Positions 1 through 14,424 of a stretch of DNA of 64,000 nt are shown here, piece after piece (the stretch's first letter is position 1; every line of letters begins with the position of its first letter). Both the position numbers and the translations under genes were made by a program. This DNA is from Zygnema circumcarinatum SAG 698-1b (taxonomy: Eukaryota; Plantae; Zygnematophyceae): assembly GCA_037447605.1 (NCBI GenBank), contig CM074816.1:635873-699872 (forward strand), in the 5' to 3' direction. A model generated the notes under the pieces. The model was given only the letters and a program-made list of their open reading frames with translations. It was not told the origin of the DNA and did not search any database.

Positions 1-3000
1 TGATGAACCTGACCAACTTGGTTAGCTTGTGAGTTAACTCATCTTCTCCCTTGTACTGTACCTTCGATGGAAATGGCTGCTGAGGACTGCGCACATTTCA
101 GGCAGTTCATCGCACAATTTTGACATGCACTCCCTCTCTGACTTGATGGAGATTGATCAGCGAATGCTTTAAAACGGAATGTCCTTTTGGCGGTGCATCC
201 TGGAAGTCGAATTCTTTCATGGTCTGTGAGACAGTCACTGTGAACCTCGTAGTAGTTTGTGAGGGATTGCGATTGAACAAAGTTGGATTTCCTGGTGCCA
301 CATAGATTTCAAGTAACGTTGTTTTGGATTTTCATTGCACTGGTCGATTTCTATGGAACTTATAACTGAGCTAGTATTATTAATTCAACATGACAAATTC
401 ACATGTTCAGCAACAGACAGTTACACCCTATTCTGTGTATCTTCTTTGTCAGTAGTGATACAAGATGTGTTTTTCCCGCTGGTTCTTGATATGCTTCTCA
501 GGCTCAGAAATCACCGTACAACATGTTCTGAGATGCCTCACCATCAACAATAATTGTTTCAACGGAATGTTTTCCATCAATCGAGGATGCGATTACTTTT
601 TAGTTTACTGACCAAGTGGTTGTTGTGAATTTTTTGTGCTCTGCCAGAACTTTGGTAGAGAACAGTTTCACAGGCTCGGTTGATTCTTTCCTCGGAGAGT
701 TCTCCAAACTTGAATTGCTGTGAGTTACCGAAAACCTCTTGCATTGACTGGTCCACTGTTTCGTCTCTACGTATCCTGGAGTAGAGAAGAAGCATTCTGT
801 AAATACACAGGGTGTGACCCTGTTACTTTAATGCAGGTGACCGATTTGAAGGTAATTTTCTGACAGCTTGCGCAGTTCTAGTAGACAAGGTTGTCCACTT
901 CTGCAAATAGTACTGAAACGGAAATGTATTGGCCATGCAGGGACTTGGGCTCCAATAATTTCACTCTTGGGACATTTCCTGCGGTGATTGGCGGATACCA
1001 GCAGCTGAAAACGCTGTAAGTCTTCCATGCCTCAAGGAATGTTGCCCATTTCAAATGAGAGGTGACTTTGCTCATGTTGTTGATGGATGCTCTCTCATGC
1101 AGGTCTGCTTCGTTTTTTTTGACTAATTCTGTTTGGTATTGTGCGATAAATTCAGAACATGCATGTTATTTGATAATTTTCCTGTTATATCACCGTCTTG
1201 TTTTAATAATCGATGTCTTCGGGATGGCTACCATTTTAGCATCTCTATCTTGATCATTATGTTTGCTGGTGTAAGGCGGTTGTAAGTTCGAACTTCCGAA
1301 GTAAGCCGTTGGAAGCTGCTGTCANNNNNNNNNNTTTGATTTTCTTATTTGATGACTTTGAAACTGATAGAGACTGATAAACTGATACCTGCCCAGGTAA
1401 TGGCAGCTGATTTCACCTTTTCTTTCTCGTCGACTATTTGATGAAAGTATCAGCACCCGGTTGACCACTTGTTCAAACCAGTCGAAAAGTGATGCATTTG
1501 CAAACTTTCGAGTACGGTAAAGTTATTTTTTATGTTTTATATATGTGATGCAGGAAAGTTGTATCATGTGGACTGGCCGGACCTATGCCTGAAGCCTTCG
1601 GAAGTCTTCCTAACCTGGAAGTAATGTAAGGCTCCACTTCGACTGTTTCTGTATGGGATGTCAGTTCAATCTGGAGAAAACGTGCAGTGTGGAATAGCTT
1701 ATATTAATGAGTATTTGGACTTTTGAACATTCTTTTCCATTCGCTTACCAGTTTCAACTTTTCTGTGTTGAAAATTAAAATCTTTTTATGAAATAAGTAT
1801 CTGCAAGGGAGCTGTCATTGACCTACTTAGACCTGCTTTCTGGCTTGGAACAGCTTCTGAGGTTCGATATCCACCGTGTCTTCGCATGTGTTTTTGTCAA
1901 CGTGCATTACTTTATTGCAGGGATGCATCCGACAATCAAATCACACAGCTTCCTTCTGACCTCAGTGGTCTTGCAAAGTTGAAAATATTGTGAGTTTCAA
2001 ACCTTGGAAGGTATCCAGCATGGAGCCAAGGCATTGCGTAAAGCAGGTTGTGGGTACAATCTGAGTACTTGTAAAAATCACGTGTGGATTGTTCGAATTG
2101 TTGGAATTGTAGGGAATGAATATGGTCAATCTTGTCACAGCAATAGTGTGGAAATTGATACCAAGATGTATTCGAGGGTAGTTAGGTCACATGCAGGTGG
2201 ATCTGACAGCGCTGTTTTGCAGTGTTCCAATTTCATCTTATTATTTCAAGCTTAGTGCAATGATCGCAGGCAATAAGCTGACAATGTTTTGTTTCGTTGA
2301 GCTCTGCGTGAGTCTAGTAAAATTGACGTTAATGACGGAATGGAAACTGCTTATTCGACTCTCGTTGCCTGCAGAAACTTGGCAGCGAATAATCTGACCA
2401 ATATTGACCCTCTCAGTACTCTGCCAAGTTTGNNNNNNNNNNTTTATTGCAGGGATGCATCCGCCAATGAGATCACACAGCTTCCTTCTAACCTCAGTGG
2501 TCTTGCAAAGTTGTATAGACTGTGAGTTTCAAACCTTAGATTCATGACCATATTGCCGTCGATTTGTAAGGTGTACTGTAATGTTGACTGTTATTCCGTT
2601 GTGTACATACCTATTTATTTGTATTGCTCAATGGGCTCTGTAACGTATTTCACAAGAGTTAGTGCCAAAGCAAGTCGGCAACTTTATTGTTCAAGGTATC
2701 CAGCATGGAGCCAAGGCACTGCGTTGAGCAGGTTGTGGGTACAATCTGAGGACTTGTAAAAATCAAGTGTGGATTGATGAAATTGTTGGAGTTGTAGGGA
2801 ATAAATGTGGTCAGTCTTGTCGCAGCAATCGTGTGACTATTGATACCAAGGTGTATTTGATGGTAGTTAGGTCACATGCAGGTAGATCTGACAGTGCTGT
2901 TTTGCATCGTTCCAATTTTATCTTTTATTTCAGGCTTAGTGCAATGATCAGACAACAAGCGGAGAATGTTTTGTTTCATTGAGCTCTAATGAGTATAGTA

Positions 3001-6000
3001 AAATTGACGTTAATGACGGAATGGAAACTGCTTATCCGACTCTCGTTGCCTGCAGAAACTTGGCAGCGAATAATCTGACCAATATTGACCCTCTCAGTAC
3101 TCTGCCAAGTTTGNNNNNNNNNNGAGCAATATCAGCCTTTGTGGTGCATTGAAGTTTCATGAGGGCAACGGTACGTGATGAGCGGTCTCTAAACTGTCAC
3201 ATTAGCAATCGGAGGTGTTGAACTTTTTGTGCAATTTGTGGAGGCCCTTTTTTTCGGCTTATCGTTAGCTTTGTGAGTCTTTCGGAAGGGGTACAGCGCG
3301 GTAGACTTTCGAACTTCGATATGACTTTGATGCTTCTCTGTATACGGTGTGCCTTTTCACGTCAGGTTGTAGCAGATGGCTGAATTGGCTGCTGGTTTAT
3401 CATCCTCTTGAATGTATTCTCTTCAAATTTTCGACTCTGATTATGGAGTCGTTCATAATGCATGTAAATGTTCGTACTGTTGGAAAGATCACTGATGGTA
3501 GCAAAGCGTGTAATGCGATTGTGCAGGGAGCTTCAGGAAAATTCCCTAACCGGAAGATTCCCTGATTTCTCAAACTTCCTCGACCTTACTTCCTTGTAAG
3601 CCTCGCTGGGCTGCTTCGTCTGCTTCATTCTTTTCCGAAACGAGGTTAATTTTTGGGCTGAGCATAGTATAACTTCTTATGATAATGATGTATCCTCTTT
3701 GGCATGGACAAGCATTTTGCTTTACCTTGTATCGGCGCACAAGGGGACATATGGAATGCAAATGGTTTCTGACTTTGTTGGATTTTCTCTATCCAATGCA
3801 GGGACATCAACACGAATCTGCTGGAATCAAATGGCATTCCTGAATATTTTGGAAATTTCACAGAATTGACCGAGTTGTAAGTGTCGCTCTTATTCTTGCA
3901 TTGTCAAGTGTTCAGTTTACTCTCGCAGAATATGTATTATCCCTCTCTGTAGTTTCCTTATGATGTCTCTCTCAACAAAAGTCTGCTCTCTGCTTCTGCA
4001 CTTTGACTATAGCTGTTTGATCCTGCAGAAACATGGATTCAAACTATTTTGCCGGCGAAATTCCTGCGTCTCTTTCCAAGCTCACAAAATTAAAAACATT
4101 GTGAGTGCATCCCCGTCGATTGCTTTGACTGTGTGAGCATCAAATTGCTTCATGTCGGCACTTCGAGTTTGACGCTTAAAGCAGAAAGGGTCCTGTTTGT
4201 TCCCGGACCCCCTGTCCTTGTAGGAATTCAAGACCTTTGAGATGTTCTTTTTCTATTTTCGTATGCAGTTGCAGAGCTTTGCACCCTATTGCGTGTTACA
4301 GACTGGCAATGCTTAAGATCCTTGTTGACATTTTCACTGTGTACGCTCAAGTGCTGTTTATCACATGAATATTCACAGTGCCTGCACATTGTCTCTTAGT
4401 TTTTACAACGAATCTGAAGTTGAGTGATGTTGTTGTGTGCCTTTACAAGAGGGAGAAAATTGCTTGTGTTTCTGGGAGGGAAATTGCGATCACAGTTGAC
4501 TGTGACCCATTCCTGATGTTAAGAGACGACGAAGCATTTGCAATAACCGCAACTTGTCATTGTCACGTCACCTTTCATGTGAACAGGAGTTGCATTCAGT
4601 GCGGACTGACTGGGTCCATCCCTTCAGGATTGGCCAAAACGAACTTAACTTATTTGTAAGCCATCTTCTCCTCCAGCCCTGAGGAGTTGCCGAATTTCCT
4701 TTCTTCTAGTTCTTTCTTTCCTTTCTTGGATGAACTGTTGGAAGTTTACTAGTGACTGCCTTCTAGTCGTTTCAGCAAGTCTTTTTAGCTGGTGAATTTT
4801 GAACCCTGTGGCTATACTTAGTCCTCCGTTTAACATGTTTAGTCGCAGTGCAAGAGTGCAGTATTTAAGACGTGGTGTTTGGATTTGCTGTCTCACTGCA
4901 GAGATCTTAGTTTCAATTCTTTGACGGGTCCAATTCCATTTGCTGCCAGATTGCTACCTCTTGAAAACCTGTAAGAACTTCACCTTTTCCATATGAGATT
5001 CGTTTGCATATCCTAATGTTTTTATTTGAATAACATATCGAATTAAGCACGTGTCTAGTATTCTGTATAACCTCATGCTTAGAAATTAATGATCTTCATT
5101 GTTGTGTCGTTTGAAACTGATTCTTCTTTGCAACAATCTTTCATTTTCGTTGTACAGTTCGAATTGCCATCGCTGAAAGTATAAACCGACTTGGAATTAA
5201 ATTAGTTTGCTGGCGAGTTGATGAAACTGTGCTCTCCTCAGCTCTCTCTACTAACCCTGATATGCTAAGAATGAATATAAGTATGCCAAGCCAAGTGATT
5301 GCTTATTTTTCAATATTTGTTTAAGGTCACAACTTATACTCGACTTCATCTGTTCCATATATTTCGATTGTTGTTTGGAATGATTTTGAAACTCTGAGCT
5401 AATAGGCAGATGGCTTCTGTCACCTTGAAGGAAGATGGGCTTGTCTGAATGCTTACCTTCTGCAGCTCAAATGCCCACAGTATATTAGAAAAGACTTGGT
5501 TGGTCTAAAATTCGTACAGACAAAAGATCTTCATTCGAGTATCGTCAGGAAGCCTTCTTAGCGATGAAATGTTTTGAAAGTCACGAATGCGAATGAAAGT
5601 CTGACCTGACCTGTGGCTGCTCTATTGCGAGGAGATTGCAGGCGCTTGTCCTCCAATCAACTCAACGGAACTCTATACAACGCTTTCATTAGCTCCGACA
5701 ATATCCAAGAAATGTGAGCAGCTTTCTGCTCTAATTCCATTGTCGGAGGGAGGACTGCAAGTTGCTTCACGGAAGATTTCCCTTTTTATTCCTTGATTCT
5801 GCCCGGCAAACCTTTAGTGAAGGATTATATTCTGCTCGCACGTGACAGTGAGTGTTGCGGGCTGCATGCAGAATGCTGGACAACAATGAGCTCACTGGCA
5901 ACCTTTCAGGAGTGACACCCGGCCCATATTTGGAGACCCTGTGAGTCCTGCAGCTGGGCCGATGTTGCATTTAGTTGTAGGGAAAGCATTCTCGTTCCAG

Positions 6001-9000
6001 CTTACCATCTGCCTTATCGCTGCTACTTTGAGCAATTTGTCCGTCCTTTTCGTGTTCATTCTCCCCTCATCCTATGTATTCGCAAGTCCATATCGGGTTG
6101 AAGGCAGCTGCGTCTTGTCTTTTGGATTTTCCTCACTTTTGCTGAAGAATTACGTGAAATGCTCTTGTGGAAAGTCCAGAGTATCAATTGTTGAATTTTC
6201 TGGCAGTCTGCAATGAACTGTTCAATGTGTTGGGGCATGGTTGACATTACTGCGTGCGAGTTGAAATGTTGTATCAGATTCGGTCCTGTCAGTTAAATTG
6301 TTGCACCGTATGTTGCAGGTGGCTGCAATCCAATCGCTTGGTAGGTGGACTTCCACTTCCACCGATACGAGAATACGGAGACAGTGCTCTTGAACTGTGA
6401 GCTGCATTCTTTGCCTTCCTCCTTCCGCTTTTTGTTTATCAGTGGCTTATTCCTTTAGTATTAGATACGGCTGAGGAAATACTTATTACGTCAATCAATT
6501 GTTATCGTTTATTTCCTCCTTTTCTGCATTTTCTGAATGAATGAGAGCTAATCACCTGGCTCAGAGGTTTCAATCCATTGATATTTTAATCTGGCATCGT
6601 CCAAAACTAGGCAACTTTTTTTTGGAGTTTGTGCATCAGCTTGCCGGTTGTTGTTTTGTAGCAGAATGTGCTTGGCAAGTGCCCACTTTTTCATGTTGGC
6701 AGAAATATGCCTTCATTGTGGCAAGATTTTTTTCGTTCTCTCACATCACGTGAGTGCTCTTGCAGTCAGATCCAAGACAATAAGCTGACCGGAGGCTTTC
6801 CGAAGGAGTTTTTTACGGGAGATTGGAGCTACATGTAAGCTTTAAATCGCCATCCAGAGTTCACCTTCCGTCTTTACTTACCTCTCGACCTGTTTGGCAG
6901 CTTCATTGGATATTTTCCATATTCTCGTTTCTGCTGCTGAGCTTAGCTTTATGCACTGCTGCTTGTTCTCAGAGACCTGAGTAGAAATGATTTTGGCGGT
7001 TTCACATTGCCATCCGACATTGGAACTGGAGGTGCGACTGAAAACCTTGTTGCTCTGTAAGCCAAGCCTCTCTTGAAGCTCAAAATGGTTCTCTCAGAAT
7101 TCATCAGTTACAGATCACCATTGCATTCAACGATAATTTCGCGAATCAAAGACCTGTTCTAATATGCTTGCCGCCATTGAACCCCACTTAAATGTTGAAC
7201 ATGAATGTGATGCCTGGAGACTCCAGTGTGGATGGAAGTTATTACGAGTTCCTTCTCACAAGGAATGACCAATTGTAGAATGAGCTTAGGACCTTCCTTC
7301 CTTTCAGCCTCCCATGTTGAATTTTCTAGGTCTTTTATNNNNNNNNNNTTGGCGGGGACCATTCCAGCAAGTATTAATAACTTGGCTGCTCTCCAGATAT
7401 TGTGAATGTTTCTTCCGTCATCTTTTCTGTCTTGCTCGTTTTGAACTAACTAGATAGTTACAGTAAAATAAATTTTTGAATTTGTTCGAGAATGGCATCT
7501 TTGAATGTAAGTCGTTGCTAATTGCTATTTGAAACTTGACGGCCTGCTCAATAGTTGTGTGAGTCGTTGTGTGACTTTGAAGTTTCGATTGTTTCGCGGC
7601 ATATCTGTCTTCTGCAGAGATTTGAGCGATAATTGCTTCTACGGCGAACTGCCATTACTGACAAATTTGACAGCGTTGACAGAGCTGTAAGTCCAATTGT
7701 GCTCAGACCTTTTGATTCCAATGTCTGAGGAATTTTAATGCTTATATGCTTATTCGCTTCTTATTATGCTCATTCGCTTATGTTGTCTCATTATGGCTGT
7801 CTAGTGTCGCTATTTTTGTGGTTTAGATGCGTGGTCATGCCAGGGTCATACAAATCCTTCGGTCTGGTAAAGAGAGGTTGCATGCAGTTGATCATCGTCA
7901 TGCTCTTAGAAATGGCGCTTTAATGCCATCTTTTTTGAGGATTGTGATAATTTGTTTGTACAGGAGCCTCTCTAGCAATTCACTCAGAAGTGCATCTGGA
8001 AGTCTGTCCTCCGTGTTTGCCGACTCCCCTCTTCANNNNNNNNNNTGTCCTCCGTGTTTGCCGACTCCCCTCTTCAAAAACTGTGAGAAACACAACCCCA
8101 CTTTCGCAGGCTGTCTTTACATATCCCATTATTGACGGGATCAGAAGTAAACACTGAATTGTTGTGTACTGGATTGTGGTCTTGTATGACTTTTGCAGTA
8201 GATGATTTATTGAAATCTGAATTTGAAGATTCTTTACGAAGACCGATTTCAGTAATTCCTTCGCTCATGCTCCAACTGACTGCTTTCGTTTTATGCCAGA
8301 AACTTGTTTGTTTTGAATGGCTGCTTGAAAGGGCTCTCACGCATAGTCATTGGCATTGTTCAAAATCTGCAGAGACTTGAGTCAGAACAGGTTCATACTG
8401 CAAGAGATTCCAGAGCTGCCGGAGACTTACAACATCAGCCTTCTCACTCTGTGAGTTGGGAACTATTTGATCATACTCATCACAATTCACCAGACTTTTG
8501 CCATATCTTCTGCCTTCTTCCAAATATAATAACTTATGCACACAACATGAAAACTGGTGAAAGCTGTATTGGCGCCACTGTTTAAAAGTGGTTTCAATTC
8601 TCTCTATTCTCTGTATTGACTTTCAGTTTCCATTCTTCCAAGATCAGCTGGACTTCAAATTTCTCAATCCCATGGCCAGATCTTTTAGGAGTAACGCCTG
8701 CGAGACTTTGTTAAGCAGTGAAATTTCTGTAAGCTGACGTTAGTCGTGCTTGAGTGGTGATTGCAGCAATCTGGAGAATAACAGCATCAGCGGAAATCTT
8801 ACTGCAACGTTTTTGGATCGTTTTCCGAACCTTCAAGCAGTGTATGTACCCTGTGCTTCATAAAAGTGATGCTAAATTTTTGGCATACCATTAGTTTCCT
8901 TGAATTTGAATGTTCTGCTGTTTACATTGTGCTCATCGTTGCCCTTTTTGTGTTTTCCATGTAGCAATAATGTTGTGCAGTTTCGAGTCAACGATTGACT

Positions 9001-12000
9001 GACTAATTGAGTGAAACTTGCCTGACTCTGCCGCATGATCTGATCAAGTTGGACATCTCTAAGTTCCCTATTCTTGCCTGCACATGTGCAGATTCCTGAA
9101 GGGCAATGATCTGCAGGGCACTGTGCCGATAGTCGACAACCACCCAAGCCTTGAGTTTGTTTCACTCGCCGGCAACGACCTCACGCTTGCACCCGGGCAA
9201 GACATAGACCCCAACAAGTTTGAGTGAGTTTTTGCCCTTAATGTCAGCTTAATCCACTTATTCCATTCTGTCTTCTCCTCATCTGAACAATTCTTGACAT
9301 CGATTGAGAAGTGCGGTTCAAATGCACTTGTACTTTCCGGAGGTGAAAAGATCTTCGTTTATCAGAAGTATCATTATCATTTGATGGTTCTCTCAGAAAC
9401 ACATAGCTCGACATGCTCTCCTTCAGAATAAAAACGTTCAGTACAGATGTCATCTGCAGGAGTATATCTCAGGCTGAGAGTCAATTCAGACGATGGAATA
9501 TTTTTGTTATGTATTCCATTCGCCTTCAATGTATTCTCACCAGCTGCACACTTTGAGCGTGTCTGCAGTCTTGCAGGGACCCCCGCCTGCACATCCAATG
9601 CAACGCTCGCCGGCAAACCTCTCTGTCTCGGCCAGTTCTCACCTTCCACCTTCAAAGCCCAACCCTTCTGCAAAAACATCCCCTGTGCAGAGGACAATCT
9701 GCCCAGCTTCTATGTATTCAATCAAACCGGGCAGTGCAGCTGTTCTGGTTACGCCGAATACACTGCCACGTTCTATGCGACTCCACTGTCCTTCATTTCT
9801 CAGAAGGCCATCGACAACGTGCAAAGCTGGTTGCTAGAACAGCTCAAGCTCTTAGCGGTTTCTGAGCAGGTGTGAAGGGCACCCCTTCATCGCCCGCCTT
9901 TTCATGCTCACTTGAATCTTGAATGCCAAATCTGGGAAGCCGCTGCAATAAGTTCAAGCAGTGTGCGTGTCTCCATGCGTTTCTTTGAAGGTCAATTGCA
10001 GTGTTCGATTCCATCTACGGAATCTAAAAAAAAAATCAAATCTGTCGATCGCGGAAACCCTACATGCCCGTTTTCTTTTAATGTTTCCTCACCCGTGAGG
10101 AGTTAATACAGGAAAATCATAGTAGATACCTTCAGGTGCAGGAAGAAGGCTTTCCAGCCATCCCTTTTGCTCGCAGACATAGTGACTGTTCTGTTGTGCG
10201 CGCAGCTCCTCGTGGTTTCCGCGAACATCTCCAACGGCAACCTGGTCTTCGCTGTGCGCGTATTCGGCACCGACCTGGGTGTTCCTAACACTCAGGTCCA
10301 GGTGTCGCTTCAGAAGCTCGCCACGTCAGACAGCCTCGTCGGGAGTCTCGGGGGCGGCGTGGATGGCCTGGGCGTGCCCGGACCCGCTGTGCGCACAGGC
10401 CTCGTCCAGCTCTATGTGCCTCGTAAGAACTGATTGCCGTTATATGTGTGTGCGTTTTTTTTTTCACCTAACTTTGATTTTCTGTGTCATTTTGCTGGCT
10501 TGGACTGGAGGAGCAGGGGGGGGAGCATTGTGGTATTGGTGTAGGTTCAGTGACCTGCAGTTTTCAGAACACTTCCTTTTTGATTTCTGTTTTTTTTTTG
10601 CATCTCATTTATTTAACTGATTTATTTGTATGTGATGGTATTTGCATCATGCAGAGCCTCCTTCGCCGTTTCCTGCACCTCCTGGTGAGCACTTTTGGGT
10701 TCTTCTTAACCTCGTTGAAAACGGTTCTCGTTCAAGAACATGCTCCGCTATGTCCTCAAACGTGCACTTAACATGAACAGCAGTTGTAATCTCGGAATCT
10801 CTTTTTCTTGTGTAGTCGGAAGAAGTTTTCGTATCAAGACTGTGACATTGATGCTCGAATACTTTTGCGATAAGTCTCGAAACTTAGATTCGACTCATTT
10901 TCTGTCCGTCGTGCTCCTTTGGCAGGTGGAGGAGGTAGACCGAAAATCCCAGTATGGGCGACGATTTTGATCGTGGTTACAGGCCTACTTTTCCTAGCTG
11001 TCATCATCCTTGGTGCCTTTATCTATCAAAATCGTCAGTCCCTTTGGCCCTTTCTTCCTGACCGCAATGATTGTCTCTTGTAAAATGCAGTCGATATCTA
11101 TGTCATTCGAAACATCGCTGATTTATCGTCTGTGTTGTGTCAATATCCTAACATTGTGCCTGCTTTATGGTTCAGGGAGACGCGAGTCGAAGCTCACCAT
11201 TCGAGTGCAGAAACATTTTGTGAGGAATGTCGATCTGGCGGATATCAAGCATGCGACCAATAACTTCAGTAACGATGTCCTTCTTGGTGTTGGAGGATAC
11301 GGGACTGTCTACAAGGGAGTTACACCGAATGGTGAAATTTGGGCTGTGAAACGAGCCAAGAACATCTCTTTGAAGGGTCTCGAGGAGTTTGAGACTGAGG
11401 CAAGTTCTTCACCCACTCTGGTTCAGATGGTTCCATTTTATCAGTTTCAGTTTCGATTAAATTTGAGTTTAGGTGTCATTCATGAACAGTGAGAGGGATA
11501 GGTGCAAGGTGGGTGGTGTGGTCGTATCAGGCTACCATTCCCCTGGATTTGCATGTGTATATTTAGTTGTTCAGCCTTACAAGGAGTAGCATATTCATAT
11601 CTGAATACTTGTAGACGGGCGACCTTATTGTTATGCAAGTTGTTGGATGCTGCAGGTGGATGTCATCTCGAAAATGAGCCATACCAACATAGTGAAGCTC
11701 CTAGGGTTCTGCGACAGCAAAAATGAGCAGATCCTCATCTACGAGTTTATGGCGAAGGGCAGTCTTAAGGCTGTATTGCGCCCTGATGATGGTAAGCGAA
11801 TGATGTTTGCTTCATTGCCAATTTCCTACCTCTAGCGTTTGGCAGAGCAAGGGGCAGGCAGGAGAACATGTGGGCTATGAAATCCGCTTACGTGCATAAC
11901 TTGTAGAGTGTGGAGGCTCCTAATGTTACTCGCAACAGAACGAGAGATGCTGGCAGTGGTGGTTTTATTTCTGCTAGTTCACAGCTACTTCTTGGCTCCC

Positions 12001-13618
12001 TCTGCCCTTTATATACAATAATGCGTGCTGGTAAAGATAGTACTTTTAACAAACAGATTAAGTTCAAATCCCTTTTCATCTCTTGCAGACGCGGATGGCA
12101 AGCCGCCTCTCACATTCGAGCAGCGCTTAGACATTGCTATTGGAGCTGCTGAGGGGCTGCGCTACCTGCATAACTTTGCGAAGCCCGCTGTTATTCATCG
12201 TGACATCAAATCTGACAACATTCTGTTGGACGAGAATCTCATGGTCAGCACATTCTTCGCGCTAATGTTTCCGTTACCATGTATCAAGCTTCCTCCATAA
12301 TGTATTTCGCACGCTATGCTTCATTAATCGCGCTTTTTGGTGTCTTACGCAGTTGCGTCTGTGAGAATCTGGAGGCCAAAGTTGCAGATTTTGGGCTGCT
12401 GAAGGGTAACCCTACGGGCTCCATTGAGGACGCTATGAACACCCGGGTTGCTGGAACACCGGGATATGTCGACCCTGAGTACATCACCAACTACCGGGTC
12501 ATAGCCAAGAGCGATGTTTACAGGTCAGTTCATGGTACAGACGTTAGGTGTAGCAGTGTATTTGTATACGGTGGCCTGCTGGGAAAGGGTTGGGAATGGT
12601 GACATCAACTGTTTGGACCATTCACAGCTGGAAGAAATCCTGGCTTGATGATTTGTAAAGGAATCATATCAAACTAAGCAAGATCCTTTGTTTTGACAAG
12701 TTTAAACTTACTTTTACTACTGACGAAGTAAACTATCGCAAGATGGATGCCTTACTATTGTAGGTACGTTGATGAAATGGAATGTGCAGTTTTGGAGTGG
12801 TTCTCTTTGAGCTCATCACGGGCCGCTCGGCGCTGATTAAAGAGGAGACCATAACAGACCCTGACATCCCCAATGTCACCACACTGGTTAACTGGGTAAG
12901 CTGGAAAGCGGGAGGATAGAGGAGAGGGAGAGAGCAAAAGTAGAGATAGGGAGAGCGAGATTAAAGCAGCATCATGCCCTTAACCCCTACCACTCTCTGC
13001 ATAGGAAAATCCAATCAATTTTACTTTCAGCAATCGATGTTTATTTAAAATAAGAGCAGGATAAATGGGAACTCGTAGTTGATGTGTAAACTGATTGCGC
13101 TTTCCAACATTTCCGCATTGATGGTTCCAATCCTTCTTCATTTCTGAAGCAATTCTTGTGATCCAGCAAGCAGGAAGGAGAGGAGCCAAAATCGATACAT
13201 AAACTGACTTTTACTTCCAGTATTTCAAAGAATGTACTATACCAATCCTTTGCAAAAAGTAACCCTCTCTCTCTCACTATCTCCACAGGTGCAACCCTTT
13301 CTCAGCAACATCACTCCCATAGTGGACCCTCGCATGGGCCACTTCCATGATGGTGCGATGAGGATGCTGGTGATGGTTGCAGCAGTGTGTACTGAGAGAG
13401 CTGCCAAGTATCGCCCCAACATGGATGAGGTGACACGACGCCTGGCCCAAACTAAGAATGTGATGCTCGGCATCGCCGAAACTGATGTCTCTTCCTCCCA
13501 TGAAGATAGCGATGGGTCGGCTTCCTTTTCCTCCCTTCCTGAAGGCTACATCAACTTCTCATCTTCTACCACGGGCAACATGCTGCCGCCTGTTTCGGAG
13601 ACCTATGGAGGAAGGTAG
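1..13618 (+). CDS. LRR receptor-like Ser/Thr kinase, LRR-VIII-1 (HPCA1/CARD1)-like; 5' end lies upstream of the window
   Basis: Single-LRR phase-2 exons of 69-84 bp: <1-28, 648-719, 941-1015, 1554-1625, 1921-1989, 2375-gap, 2453-2521, 3056-gap, 3527-3595, 3802-3876, 4029-4100, 4587-4655, 4902-4970, 5642-5713, 5872-5940, 6319-6396, 6766-6834, 6973-7056, gap-7401, 7618-7686, 7964-8082, 8373-8450, 8767-8841, then 9092-9223 (e.g. [36 protein letters not shown]). Cys-rich/SEA-like exons 9569-9869 and 10206-10422; Pro micro-exon 10655-10684; TM exon 10926-11033 ([25 protein letters not shown]). Kinase exons 11176-11399 ([17 protein letters not shown]), 11657-11791, 12089-12243 ([11 protein letters not shown]), 12375-12523 ([13 protein letters not shown]), 12790-12895, 13289-13618. 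Confidence 0.93.
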
Positions 13619-14424
13619 ACGAAAAGGGAAAAAGAGAGCTCTATGAGGAGCTCCATGAAGGGCTTTATGAGAAGACATTGCCCTCTCTCTCCCCCCTCTC
13701 TTTATCCCCAGATGGCTGTAGTGAGGGGCCTAGAGAGAGGTATTTTGGTAGGTTAAAGAGTGCGGACTCCTCCGCTCAGGATTTGTGAAATTGTGAGAAG
13801 GTTGTAATATGCCCTCGCTTCCTGCTTTTGAGGTTGTCTCCCCCGGATTAGTTGGTCAATTAAGCTGTCATAAAGTTTCCAGTTCATTGTGTTTTCTCCA
13901 GCCAAGTTGAGGAAAGTGATTCGCTGCATGAAGCCATGCATTTTGAAGACATAATCTGTGACCTCCATGTAATGCAGACTTTAGGGTTTGCCATAAGAGT
14001 AGGGTTAATGTAAAAAAAAAATGTTGACTTCTCTGCTAAAACTCTATATTTCCAATTGAGAGTCTAATATGATCAACACATCACTGTATTTGGAGGTGAG
14101 CTATCCTTCTTGATTGCATCCCTTTGTTTAGCGCTGGCAATGTTCTCCCTCTCTCTCTCCCCCTCTCCGATCTCTATCCTCCTCTCCCACTCTCTCCCCT
14201 CTCTCGTTCTCTCTCCCGCCCCCTCACTCTCTCCCTCCCCCTCTCTCTCCCCCTCCAGTCTGCAGGCCCTTCGTCAATCCTTGTTGGAGCAAAGCCTGGC
14301 AGTCAATGGTCAATCCCTGCTCTGCCACGTGGCAGAGTCCGTACGGCCCACAGCTGTTGACGCCACGCGATCATCAGCCGCGAAACCACGAGCACTTGCA
14401 GTGCAGATCGGACCNNNNNNNNNN

